A stretch of DNA of 64,000 nt from Candidatus Bathyarchaeia archaeon (GTDB lineage: Archaea; Thermoproteota; Bathyarchaeia; Bathyarchaeales; Bathycorpusculaceae), in assembly GCA_049516875.1 (NCBI GenBank), contig JBEKSS010000001.1, positions 470,549-534,548 of the forward strand, written 5' to 3'. Under the pieces are notes generated by a model. That model was given only the letters and a program-made list of their open reading frames with translations. It was not told where the DNA came from and searched no databases. Position 1 is the first letter of the stretch; the number at the start of each line of letters is the position of its first letter. The translations under genes were made by a program, and so were the position numbers. This document shows, in pieces, positions 31,016 through 41,045 of the stretch.

Positions 31016-33397
31016 TCACACCCCACCGCTCAACGTCCTTTTCCAACTCCTCAACAAATCACCCAGCGAAGCATCCACAACCACCCCGCCAGTCAGCCCC
31101 CTAACGCACAGCCGAGGAGACTTCGTAACCTTGCCAACCTCACTGCAAACCCTGCCCTTCATCAAACCCTCAAACTCGTCCCGAGCTTTCGCTGAAACCT
31201 CCACCAGAAACCGACTGTTCGACTCCGAGAACAAGACAAAATCATCACGCCCAAAACCTTTCGCAGGAGCCTTGCGCAAATCCAACTCCAACCCATAACC
31301 ACCGGCAAAAGCCATCTCCGCCGCCGCCACAGCCAGACCGCCCTCAGACAAGTCATGGCACGCCTTAACCAGTCCACAGTCAATCGCCCTAGTAACCGCC
31401 CTAAACCCCTTCCTAGCCCGACTACCACGCACTTTAGGAACAGACTTGCCCAGAAACCCTTTCAGCCTGTAATATTCCGACCCGCCTAGCTCCTGAAAAG
31501 TTTCGCCAACAACGTAGATAGAATCGCCCGGAGCCTTAACGTCCATCGAAACTGTTGAACGAATATCAGGCACAAGCCCTAAAGCGGTGATTAGAAGCGT
31601 CGGCGTCACAGGCCCAAGCGGCGACTCGTTGTACAGGCTGTCTTTCCCGGATATGAACGGCGTTCCAAAAGCAACCGCAAAATCATAGCATGCTTCACAA
31701 GCCCGTACTAGGCTGCCCAGCCTTTCGGGCCTTTCAGGGTTTCCCCACGTGAAATTGTCCAGCAGCGCAATTCTTCTTCCTCCAACAGCAACGTTGTTCC
31801 TAACGGCCTCATCAATCGCCGAGGCAGCCATCCAGTAAGCGTCAATCTTTCCGAATTTCGGGTTCATTCCGCACGAAACCGCTATGCCTTTCCAAGAACC
31901 GTCCAACGGCTTCAGCACGGCCGCATCGTTCGGCCCCCCAAACTCGCCCTGCAACGGCTTAAGCACCGTGTTACCCTTAACCTCATGATCATAACTCCTC
32001 ACAACGCTCTCCTTGCTCGCAACGTTAGGCGAAGCCAAAACCCCCAACAACACATCATTCAAATCCTCAGGCTCAGAAAACATCGGCTCAGCATCATTCA
32101 CCGGTCGGTATTCCGCCTTCCTCGTCAACTTAGGCGGCTCGAAAAGGAACGAAATGCCCATCTCCACAACCCTCTCCCCCTTATAATCGAGCCGAAGCAT
32201 TCTGTCGGAAGTCAGTCTGCCGATGACCGTCGTTTCAACATTCTCCCCGCTGAAGACTCCCTGAACCCGCATAACGTTGTCAGGCGGCACCGTTAACAGC
32301 ATTCTTTCCTGAGACTCTGAAACGTAGATTTCCCACGGAGCCAACCCCTCATACTTCAACGGCACCTTGTCAAGCTCAACCACTGCTCCGCAGTCATACT
32401 TGTTCGCTGTTTCACCGACAGCCGAGGACAGGCCTCCACCGCCCAAGTCCGTTATCCCCGATGCCAACCCCAAATCTCTGACCTGAACGATTGCCCTCTT
32501 CAACTTCTCCTCCTCAACAGGGTTCGCAATCTGCACCGCAGGCCGAGAAATCATCTCAGACTTCTCCGTCAGCTCCGCAGACGCAAAAGTCACCCCGTGA
32601 ACGCCTTCGCGACCCGTTTTTCCCCCGGCAAGCACAATCACGTCACCAGCCTTCGCGTCCTTCCTGAACCTGTCAAACCGTAGCAGCCCCACACAGCCGC
32701 AGTAGACAACAACGTTGCCGGTGTAGCTCTCGTCAAAGTATATCGCTCCGTTCACTGTTGGGATTCCCATGTTGTTGCCGTAGCTTCCAATCCCCGCCAC
32801 GACCCCCATGTACAAGTACCTCGGATGTTTAACGCCGTTGGGCAGTTTTTCATACTCAAAATCTAAGGGGCCAAAGCCCAGCACGTCGGTGCAGGCTATC
32901 GGGTCTGCCCACACGCCCAGAATGTCTCGGATGACGCCTCCCGTCCCCGTTGCCGCGCCGCCGAAAGGCTCCACCGCCGATGGATGGTTGTGAGTTTCAA
33001 CCTTAACAGCTATACCGTATCCTTTGTCGAAGTTCACGATGCCCGCGTTGTCCTCAAACACAGAGAAGCACCAGTGTGGACTGATCTTCTTTGTCGCACC
33101 TGCGATGTACGTTTTGAAAAGGCCTTTGATACGTTTTCCGTCGAACCTGATATTGTCCTTGAAAGTCTTGTGGAAGCAGTGCTCAGACCATGTCTGTGCG
33201 ATAGTTTGAAGCTCCACATCGGTTGAGTTCCGTCCCCTCAAACTGAAATGGTCTTTGACAGCTTTCATCTCTCGCAGGCTCAGGGCCAGGCCAAGTTCAC
33301 GGCTCATCTCCAGAAGCTGCTCGTCAGAGGCCCCCAGAACCCTCGCCTCAAACAGGGAAAAAGGGGTTTTTCTCTGGACAAACAGGTTTGCCGTCAT
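31016..33397 (-). CDS. purL: FGAM synthase large subunit
   Basis: WSEHC, ETHNHPS, GGAATGTGG, DLGGGG, SESQER, HDLSEGG. Confidence 0.97.
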   Translation of the reverse strand: MTANLFVQRKTPFSLFEARVLGASDEQLLEMSRELGLALSLREMKAVKDHFSLRGRNSTDVELQTIAQTWSEHCFHKTFKDNIRFDGKRIKGLFKTYIAGATKKISPHWCFSVFEDNAGIVNFDKGYGIAVKVETHNHPSAVEPFGGAATGTGGVIRDILGVWADPIACTDVLGFGPLDFEYEKLPNGVKHPRYLYMGVVAGIGSYGNNMGIPTVNGAIYFDESYTGNVVVYCGCVGLLRFDRFRKDAKAGDVIVLAGGKTGREGVHGVTFASAELTEKSEMISRPAVQIANPVEEEKLKRAIVQVRDLGLASGITDLGGGGLSSAVGETANKYDCGAVVELDKVPLKYEGLAPWEIYVSESQERMLLTVPPDNVMRVQGVFSGENVETTVIGRLTSDRMLRLDYKGERVVEMGISFLFEPPKLTRKAEYRPVNDAEPMFSEPEDLNDVLLGVLASPNVASKESVVRSYDHEVKGNTVLKPLQGEFGGPNDAAVLKPLDGSWKGIAVSCGMNPKFGKIDAYWMAASAIDEAVRNNVAVGGRRIALLDNFTWGNPERPERLGSLVRACEACYDFAVAFGTPFISGKDSLYNESPLGPVTPTLLITALGLVPDIRSTVSMDVKAPGDSIYVVGETFQELGGSEYYRLKGFLGKSVPKVRGSRARKGFRAVTRAIDCGLVKACHDLSEGGLAVAAAEMAFAGGYGLELDLRKAPAKGFGRDDFVLFSESNSRFLVEVSAKARDEFEGLMKGRVCSEVGKVTKSPRLCVRGLTGGVVVDASLGDLLRSWKRTLSGGV

Positions 33398-33645
33398 CTT
33401 GTCTCCTCGACACTTATCGCAGAATCGTCCTTAGTCGGGTTCGCCAAAAGCCTCTTACACATTTCCACAGCTTCCGCTTGTGCCTCTTTCTTGGAGGAAG
33501 CTTCGAGAACAACCTTGTAGACTTTGCCGACGCCAACAGCTTTGACCTTGTAACCCAGCTGTTTCAACAAGTCCCCGGTGGTCTCGCCCTCAGGGTCGCT
33601 GTGGCCCGGCTTCAGGCTGACTTCGATTTTGAGACGGTACTTCAT
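33394..33645 (-). CDS. purS: FGAM synthase PurS subunit
   Basis: DPEG..LLANP. Confidence 0.93.
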   Translation of the reverse strand: MKYRLKIEVSLKPGHSDPEGETTGDLLKQLGYKVKAVGVGKVYKVVLEASSKKEAQAEAVEMCKRLLANPTKDDSAISVEETR

Positions 33646-33699
33646 AGGCTAAACTGGGCTAAAGCAGATTTAAACACTTTCATCACTATCTAGGCAAAT

Positions 33700-34782
33700 T
33701 CACTTCAGAATAATTCTCTTATTCTTGTATAGAATCTTGACTCCTTCTGCACGCGTTACGTGACCTATTTCTTCAGCCTGGGTGCCTGTTTTTTCCAGAA
33801 CGTCTATCGTCCTCTCGCCGTCCTTCTTGTCAACAATCAAAGCAAAGCCCCATCCCATGTTAAACGTCTTAAACATCTCCTCATCAGTTATCGTCCCACC
33901 CATGTCGGCTGCGGTATTCTGAATCAGACTGAATATCGGTTGGGGTTTGAAATTGTTGAACTCGAAACCTATGTCTCCTGAAAACTCTTTGAGCTTGTTG
34001 AACTTCATGTAAGCGTCGCCCGTCACGTGCACTGCAGCCTTGACCTCAATCTCCTCAGTGACCTTGAGGAAGGGCTTAACGTATATCGTGGTCGGTTCCA
34101 AAACCTCATCAACCACTTCCCTGTCCAAGCCCTCAGGAACCGCGTCAGCCTCGTACTTACCTCCCCACTGCTTGAACAGCACTCTCCTTACTAGGGATAC
34201 GCCGTTGCTGTGGACGCCCGAACTGCGCAAGCCCACAATGACGTCTCCAGGTCTCACTTTTCTGCCCGAAATGACCTTACCCTTAGGCACTACTCCTATA
34301 GAGGCAAACACCATGTCGAAGCCCTTGCCTTCCGTCAAACCTTTGATGAGTTCAGCAACGTCGCCGATTTCGCCACTTGGCACCACACACTCGGCTTCTG
34401 CCGCGCCCTTCACTATTCCCTTCATGAACTCAAAAATCAACACGGGATCCGACACCTGAGCGTGAATGTTGTCCGCCAAGGCAAGCGGCCGAGCCCCAGA
34501 ACGAATCACGTCGTTAACGGCCACTGCTACACCGTCGACCCCAATAGTGTCGAACCTGTTTGCCAGCTGAGCGACCAGTACTTTCGTGCCCACCCCCTCA
34601 ACCACCAAGTCCAGGTAGCAATCGCCAAAGGGAAAAATCCGCCCATAAGGAAGAACCACGACCTTGCCGTATTGGCTGAAACCATACGTTTTGTTCAGAA
34701 TACTCAACGTTTTCTTGGACTCAGCTCTCAGATTCCTGTCAACTCCAGCGCCAGCGTAAGTAAGCTTGCGACCCAACACCAA
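33700..34782 (-). CDS. purM: AIR synthase
   Basis: YAGAGVD, EGVGTK, SSGVHSNG, HVTG, TFNMG. Confidence 0.95.
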   Translation of the reverse strand: MVLGRKLTYAGAGVDRNLRAESKKTLSILNKTYGFSQYGKVVVLPYGRIFPFGDCYLDLVVEGVGTKVLVAQLANRFDTIGVDGVAVAVNDVIRSGARPLALADNIHAQVSDPVLIFEFMKGIVKGAAEAECVVPSGEIGDVAELIKGLTEGKGFDMVFASIGVVPKGKVISGRKVRPGDVIVGLRSSGVHSNGVSLVRRVLFKQWGGKYEADAVPEGLDREVVDEVLEPTTIYVKPFLKVTEEIEVKAAVHVTGDAYMKFNKLKEFSGDIGFEFNNFKPQPIFSLIQNTAADMGGTITDEEMFKTFNMGWGFALIVDKKDGERTIDVLEKTGTQAEEIGHVTRAEGVKILYKNKRIILK

Positions 34783-34808
34783 CCCCGGTGATCTAGTTAA
34801 TCGCTCTA

Positions 34809-34817
34809 CTTATAAAA
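34809..34817 (-). promoter_or_regulatory. TATA box of the purM operon
   Basis: TTTTATAAG ~27-35 nt upstream of the purM start; conserved in the duplicate copy at ~38497. Confidence 0.55.
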
Positions 34818-34833
34818 TCGCACACGATGCATT

Positions 34834-35817
34834 CTAGCGCGCTCTGCGTTCTGAGTTCGAAATGATTTTCTTTCTGAAGAGCACGACCACTAACAAGACT
34901 GTCAGCATGAGCATTGAGGGTATTCGAATGTTTGGGAATTCGGGGATGGCGCTTGGGCTATCCAAGAATGTTACTGTCGTACCGTCTGTGGTTGCTACTA
35001 TCGTTCCAGATCTGTAAGTGCCGTATACTGTGACGTTGTAGTTGAGGAGTCTCTGTACTGTCTCTGGGGCTGGATGTCCATAGGAATTGTTTAGACCACA
35101 GCTTATGACTGCGTATGTTGGTCGAACGCTATTGAGAAATGCGTCGGTTGTGCCGTACGCGCTTCCATGATGACCGACCTTCAAGACGTCGCCGCGCAGG
35201 TCCAATCCAGCGGTGAGCATGCTTTGCTCAGCTCCTGAGCAAGCGTCACCTTCCAAAAGAAAGGCTGTTTGACCCGTCCGAAGCTTCATCACGACGCTGT
35301 TTTCGTTTTGATCTGCAAATTCAAGGGGCTGAACCGGGTTAAAAACGGTCAGGTTCACCGTTGAGGTTAGAGTGTAGACTTGTCCTCGCTGAGCTGCAAC
35401 GAGCGTATGGCTTCTGGCGAGCGTCATGAACTGAGTGTACGCTTGCGTGGTATCTGATTCGTTGTTGATGATTACTTCGTCTACCTGAATGGCTGAGCTC
35501 AAAACGCTGATTAGCCCGCCTATGTGATCCTCATGCATGTGAGTAGCCACCATCAGACTTAGATGCGTCACATTCAGTCCGTCAAGATAGCCTAGCAGTA
35601 CACTTCCCGCCGACTTTGGTCCGCCATCTATTAATACTTCCACGCCATGTGCGTCAACGAGAATCGAATCGCCCTGACCAACGTCGAAAAAACGCACAGT
35701 GACCTTCAAATCGGACGCTGCAGCCACCGAGCAGCCAATCTTCAAACTTGAAAATGTCAACGCGAGAGCGACGAAAACAAACGAAGAGAATAATGAAAAA
35801 ACACGATTTTCTCGCAC
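34834..35817 (-). CDS. Secreted ComEC/Rec2-like metallo-beta-lactamase-fold hydrolase with PEF-CTERM
   Basis: DVGQGD, THMHEDHIGG, KVGHHGS, YGHP; signal peptide; IPEFP-TM-RKK. Confidence 0.9.
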   Translation of the reverse strand: MRENRVFSLFSSFVFVALALTFSSLKIGCSVAAASDLKVTVRFFDVGQGDSILVDAHGVEVLIDGGPKSAGSVLLGYLDGLNVTHLSLMVATHMHEDHIGGLISVLSSAIQVDEVIINNESDTTQAYTQFMTLARSHTLVAAQRGQVYTLTSTVNLTVFNPVQPLEFADQNENSVVMKLRTGQTAFLLEGDACSGAEQSMLTAGLDLRGDVLKVGHHGSAYGTTDAFLNSVRPTYAVISCGLNNSYGHPAPETVQRLLNYNVTVYGTYRSGTIVATTDGTTVTFLDSPSAIPEFPNIRIPSMLMLTVLLVVVLFRKKIISNSERRAR

Positions 35818-36002
35818 GGAATTCCTTTTAGCATCGCAGACGTAAAAGATTTACGAAAATCCCCTTGCTTTTGCCCGTGCTGACGGGGACGCCTCCCTCA
35901 AACACGAGTTCCAGACTTCAGTGCAAGGTCTTTTTCATAAGGTTTATATGATTTCATGACTTAGTATTCTTGGAGCCACTGGGGAGGAGCAGTGGGAGTG
36001 TA

Positions 36003-38330
36003 ATGAGAACCGAAGTTCTGCCTAGTCTACTCTTACTGTCCGTGTTGCTGTGCTCAGCCTTTGCTGGGATCAGACCTGTTCACGCCGATTTCGACGTCCG
36101 CAATGCCGCCTATTATGACAGAGTCAATAGTGTTCTTGGACTCACGTCGACGCAGCAGGACATGCTCCGCCAATACGGTTTTGTAACAGTATCCATTCCG
36201 AACATGACAACATTCGAGAACTTCTACGGCAACCTAGTCTGGCAGCATGACTTGCCCGTGATCGTCACCACCGATTCCTTCCTTCAACTGTTCCACGTAG
36301 TGTTTGATTGCTCCTTGAGAATCTTGGAGAAACAGGAGTTCTACCCGATGCTGCTAAACCTAACGTCGTACGCATTCAACGCTTCGCTGGCCGATTATGC
36401 GGCGATATCGCATGACGGTTCGCAGAAGCAGTGGGCCATCGGCAACGCCACGGTCTACTTTGCAGTTGCGTTGTCCCTGCTTACAAACACGGCTGTCAGC
36501 GTGCCGCTTGAGCTGTCAGACGATGTGGCTTTCTACCTAGAGAACATATGGTCTAGCAACTTGCAGTTCGTGCCAGCCGCATTTTGGAATGGGATATTAG
36601 TTCAGTATGATTTCACTCAGTTCACGGTGAGAGGTCACTATCTGGGCGACCCGCAACTGGAAAGCTACTTCCGCGCCATGATGTGGTACGGCCAGTTCCC
36701 CGTCTTCATCCCGCGGATAAATGAAAGCTATCTTTGGAGCGCTCCCCACATAGACGATGTCGCCATCGTCTACATGCGTGACTTGATGCATCGGAACCAA
36801 CAGTACTTCAGCGAATGGGAGCTTGTGTACAACGTTACAAACGCCCTAGTGGGAAAGAGCGACTCCATCAATCTTCTCAGTCTCGAAACGGCACTTCACA
36901 GAGTGTTCGGAGACAATGAGGAATATCTCGACGTAGTGTTGCAACCTAACGGGACAACGGCCTTGAGAAACGAATTAGGGAAGCCTGAATACGCCCAAAG
37001 GATTCTGTCCCAAGCCGTGCAGCAGCCGACTCCGGGAGCAATCCTTCAAGCTTATCCACTTGTTTTTCAGTTCATGGGTCAACGGTTCGTTCCCGACTCC
37101 TACATCTTCCAAAACCTGTGCTGGGACAAGGTAGGCTACAATTCAACAGGAGACCGAAGGATACTCCCCAAGGGCTTGGACGTCTTCGCCGTCGTAGGAT
37201 CTCAACGCGCGTCCCAACTGCTCACCACAGACTTCGACTACGCTGGCTTTGAAAGAAACCTGACCTCGTTGAAACAGGAATTCGACAGCTTGAACGAAGA
37301 GAACTGGACCTACAGCTCCTACACTTCCTGGATCTACGCGTTGCAGAGCCTCGTCAACGTTAATTATACCAACGATTATCCTGATTTCATGAAGAACATG
37401 GCGTGGCAGGACGAAAAACTCAACACCGCCCTCGGCAGCTGGGCTCAGCTGAGACACGACACTATCCTGTATGCGAAGCAGACCTACGTACCCGTATATA
37501 TTTGCAGCTACCCCGAAGCGTTCCTTGAGCCAAACCCAACTTTCTATTCCAGAATGCAGATCTTAGCCAACCAGACGCTCGAAGCCGTGAACATCCTCAA
37601 GCCTGAAATGATTGACAGCACGATCTTGAGCTCATTGAACACGCTGATTGACGCATCAGGGCGTTTCGTAACGATTTCCGAAGAAGAGTTGGCGGGACAC
37701 GCTCTGACGCCTGATGAGATTTCATTCCTGAAAAGCCTAGTGCAGACTTACGACAGTGGTTGCGGCGGCCCAACCTACAGCGGCTGGTATGTTGACGTGC
37801 TTATGAGCATAACTCTTGCCGCAAACTACACTGCCGATTTGAATTCACGCCTAATTGCAGACGTTGCAACATTTCCGCCTGGAGACATGGACTACCCTCC
37901 TCAGATTCTTCATGTCGGCACGGGCGACGTCAACGCACTCGTCGCACTTTTCCCCTTGCCCAACGGCACTCTAGTAACTGGCGTGGGACCAGTATTCTCC
38001 TACTACGAGTTTCCACTGATAGGCACCAAGCGGTTGAACGACGAAGAATGGAGTGAAATGCTCAACTGGGACAACCAAACCGCCTACCTGCCAGCATGGC
38101 TAAAAGATGTGCACGCCCTAGCCGACCCCATCACCCCTGAGTACCCTAATCCAATTATGCTGACCGCTGCTATGGTGATTATTCTAATAAGTGTGGCTAT
38201 AACGAGACGCGCCAAAATAAACAAGCGCGCGCTAACTTTCCCCAAACCCTCGCACAAACCCCGCCCCTCCAACCTCGCCATCTCCTCCCCCCGCAGAACC
38301 GACACTCAAAAACCCCGGAAAATCGAGTAA
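36003..38330 (+). CDS. DUF3160 family secreted protein with PEF-CTERM-like tail
   Basis: FTVRGHY..YFRAMMW, GQRFVPDS, WAQLRHDTILYAKQ, GPVFSYYEF; TPEYP-TM. Confidence 0.85.
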   Translation: MRTEVLPSLLLLSVLLCSAFAGIRPVHADFDVRNAAYYDRVNSVLGLTSTQQDMLRQYGFVTVSIPNMTTFENFYGNLVWQHDLPVIVTTDSFLQLFHVVFDCSLRILEKQEFYPMLLNLTSYAFNASLADYAAISHDGSQKQWAIGNATVYFAVALSLLTNTAVSVPLELSDDVAFYLENIWSSNLQFVPAAFWNGILVQYDFTQFTVRGHYLGDPQLESYFRAMMWYGQFPVFIPRINESYLWSAPHIDDVAIVYMRDLMHRNQQYFSEWELVYNVTNALVGKSDSINLLSLETALHRVFGDNEEYLDVVLQPNGTTALRNELGKPEYAQRILSQAVQQPTPGAILQAYPLVFQFMGQRFVPDSYIFQNLCWDKVGYNSTGDRRILPKGLDVFAVVGSQRASQLLTTDFDYAGFERNLTSLKQEFDSLNEENWTYSSYTSWIYALQSLVNVNYTNDYPDFMKNMAWQDEKLNTALGSWAQLRHDTILYAKQTYVPVYICSYPEAFLEPNPTFYSRMQILANQTLEAVNILKPEMIDSTILSSLNTLIDASGRFVTISEEELAGHALTPDEISFLKSLVQTYDSGCGGPTYSGWYVDVLMSITLAANYTADLNSRLIADVATFPPGDMDYPPQILHVGTGDVNALVALFPLPNGTLVTGVGPVFSYYEFPLIGTKRLNDEEWSEMLNWDNQTAYLPAWLKDVHALADPITPEYPNPIMLTAAMVIILISVAITRRAKINKRALTFPKPSHKPRPSNLAISSPRRTDTQKPRKIE

Positions 38331-38430
38331 ACAGAAGCCTCAAACCAACATGTTTCAACATTGTTTTGACACTCAAAGAAATCGTGGACTGAGCACTCAA
38401 ACACAAGGACTCAAAACTCAACATCGGCCC
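38301..38430 (+). repeat. ~130-150 bp dispersed repeat, copy 1
   Basis: Shares TTTTGACACTCAAAGAAATC and GAGYACTCAAACACAAG with the copies at 50849 and 56565. Confidence 0.9.
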
Positions 38431-38440
38431 GCGCGCGGCT

Positions 38441-38514
38441 AGCACGAGTAAGCTTGCGACCCAAGACTAATCCCGCTAATGTAGTTAGCTGTTTAACTTA
38501 TAAAATGGAACACG
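38441..38514 (-). repeat. Diverged duplicate of purM 5' end and promoter
   Basis: Gapless 57/74 identity to 34753-34826, including 18 identical bp AGTAAGCTTGCGACCCAA. Confidence 0.85.
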
Positions 38515-38678
38515 CGCGCAAAAACATTTGTAACAAATCAACATTCTTCCAACATACCTGAAACTCTCTTCTCTGACTCTCAGATTGTAACAAAAGCGCC
38601 GTCAAAAAAACTTTTGGAACGGTTTGTAACCGTTAGCGAAGCTCGACTTTAGCGCGCGAATTGTATTTCAACAGGAAT

Positions 38679-39546
38679 TTAAGGGCTTCGTGTGTAAACT
38701 GGTTTCTGTCTTCTTGAAGCAGGCTCCCATTTCTTGTAAAGAATCAGAATTGCCGTTACTGATGCGACAAGTACTAGTGCACTCAGCGCCGACGGAAATT
38801 CTGGAACGATTGTGTCGGATACTGTTGTGTACTGAGGCATGTTTGTGAAGTCCGTTTGGTTCGTGACGAAAGACTGGGCAGTTATCGTGCAGTTGACGAC
38901 TTGTTCAGTCAGCTGCATGTTAAGATTGGATATGGAGAACTTTTTGACTTCGTTAACGTCTAACGTGGCGCCCTGGTAGATATTGGTTCCAATAACCGTT
39001 CCGTTCGAGTTATAGCCAATTGCGTAAACATAGAACCAGTCCGCTTTGACCGTGCCAGTGTTCTTTATCGTGCCGTTCAAGCTTGGGTTAACGCCCAGCA
39101 CCTGACGATCCATTGTGATTTGAAGCCCAACGGGCAAACTTGCACAGTTCAAGAATGAAACAGTCGCGTTACAGTGATCTATGTTCTGTGAGCCTTTTGC
39201 GCTTGATATCATCTCTGGGCCGAACGGTGCCTTCTTCCCAACCATCAGAACGAAAGGATTACCGTACGAAGCGCTCCCGAGGGGAGCAACCTCTCGTGAT
39301 TGAGGTCACCAGCGCGTTTGAGACGTTATAGCAGTTGACGTTTATCGACACGTTCGTGACCGGCTGATCTCCGACATTGTGGACTTCGCCCCAAACGTAA
39401 TAATTCATCATTAGTGGCTCATAAAAGCCCCAAACCGACACCGTAACGTTTCCGGCGGCTCTGACCCTTGGCGCCATGGTTCCTGAAAGCACAAATGCAG
39501 CCACAATCAAAACTGCACAGACCATTATGCACTTAGCGTGTTTCAT
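38679..39546 (-). pseudogene. Frameshifted FxLYD-like secreted protein with PEF-CTERM
   Basis: Signal peptide, two GEV.N.G / GTIKNTG Ig-like repeats split by a frameshift near 39290; VPEFP-TM-YKK. Confidence 0.7.
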
Positions 39547-40216
39547 GCTTATTCACCCTGGTGACTTGAACCTAACTGCCAATTATGGAGGTCATTGGTT
39601 CTTAACGTTTTTGGTGAGTGAATAGTTGAAAGTTTAATTAATGAAAAGGCGAACGCTTTCAGGAATAGTCCATAGTCTATCCACGAAAAGAAGCTCATTC
39701 CTCCGAGAATTGGTTTCTGTTACAGAAGCTCAAAAATCCCCAAAAATGATGTTGAGCACATTGTAATTCTGAGAATTGCCGAAAAACTGGGATTGTGACG
39801 GATTGTAACAGGTATTTTGTAGCAAAATGATGGGAAAAACCGTCTTTTCTCACTTAGCGCGCGCTATGATAATAGGAGATGAACTGAAAGTGGAAACATG
39901 AGAGGCTTGGAGTGGAGATGTCTCCTGCATACCCGATTTCTTTTTGAGTAAAGAAGTGTCTAGGACATGTTGAAACGAGTGTGACAGGTGTTCGTTTTGG
40001 CTGACATAAAACTGACCGAGAAGGCACGGAAAGACTGGAATCGTTTGGCTGGAGAGTATCAGGCGTTCCGGTCCGGTAGACGGAATTTAAGAACTTTGCT
40101 ACCTTCAAAGTTGGACTAAGACAAAGATATTCAGAAAGCGCGCGCCTTAATAGACAATTTAAGGCATGAGAAAGCTTTTATTCTTAATAGGACGACACAA
40201 AACAGAGGAAAAGAAA

Positions 40217-40849
40217 ATGACCCTTGAATCAAGCAAAACCTTAGGCGGCATAGGCGCACTACTGATGTTCATAGGGCTTATTCCGTACATTAACTATTTC
40301 GGCATCCTCGAAATTGTTGGCGGTATACTTGTTTTGGTTGCATTGCATGGGTTCGCTCGCATCTACAAAGAAAATGGAATCTTCGATAATGCACTTTATG
40401 GCTTAATCGCTGGCATAGTTGGTGTGGTCTTAGCAGTGGTAATTGGAATTGCAATCATTCTACCGAATATCAAAGATTTCCTGATAAAGCTGTATCCGAG
40501 CTGGAACGGCGACTGGTCAACCATTACGTCGTTTTCAGGTATGACTCCAAACACAAGCAACATCACCTTTGGAGACATTATTCCTTTCATTACAGCAGCA
40601 ATAGTGATTCTTGTCACACTTTGGGTATTTGCAATAATAGCAACTATCCTTTTCAGACGCTCACTCAAACAACTTTCAGCAAGAACAAACGTAGGATTAT
40701 TCTCAACGACAGGATTGCTATTTTTGATAGGCGCAGTGCTAATCATTGTTTTTGGATTAGGCCTACTTCTGTTGTGGATTGCAACGCTAATCTTAGCAAT
40801 TGCCTTCTTCACAATGAAACCACAGGAAACTCAAGCACCTACAACGTGA
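40217..40849 (+). CDS. DUF996 family membrane protein
   Basis: SKTLGGIGALL..IF.NAL..F.TTG..LAIAFF pattern. Confidence 0.8.
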   Translation: MTLESSKTLGGIGALLMFIGLIPYINYFGILEIVGGILVLVALHGFARIYKENGIFDNALYGLIAGIVGVVLAVVIGIAIILPNIKDFLIKLYPSWNGDWSTITSFSGMTPNTSNITFGDIIPFITAAIVILVTLWVFAIIATILFRRSLKQLSARTNVGLFSTTGLLFLIGAVLIIVFGLGLLLLWIATLILAIAFFTMKPQETQAPTT

Positions 40850-41045
40850 CAGCAACTCGTCTATCGTCAACACTGGTCTAAAGTAAAAGAATAATCTATT
40901 TTTCTTTTTTAAAAATTAAGCAAATTGCTTATTTTTAGCGAACGATGTTTGCATCTCCTTGCCTGCGCGCGCTAGACTTGTAGAGCTGTTAAAGGAAGCG
41001 TACGGTCTAGAGAACACAGAGACGCCTTAAACGATTTAGCGTGGG

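Noticed and set aside
11500-34800. Replication terminus suggested by a G-rich to C-rich strand switch between the pur operons
   Set aside because: The switch follows gene orientation and codon usage; no dif-like site was recognised and skew was not computed.
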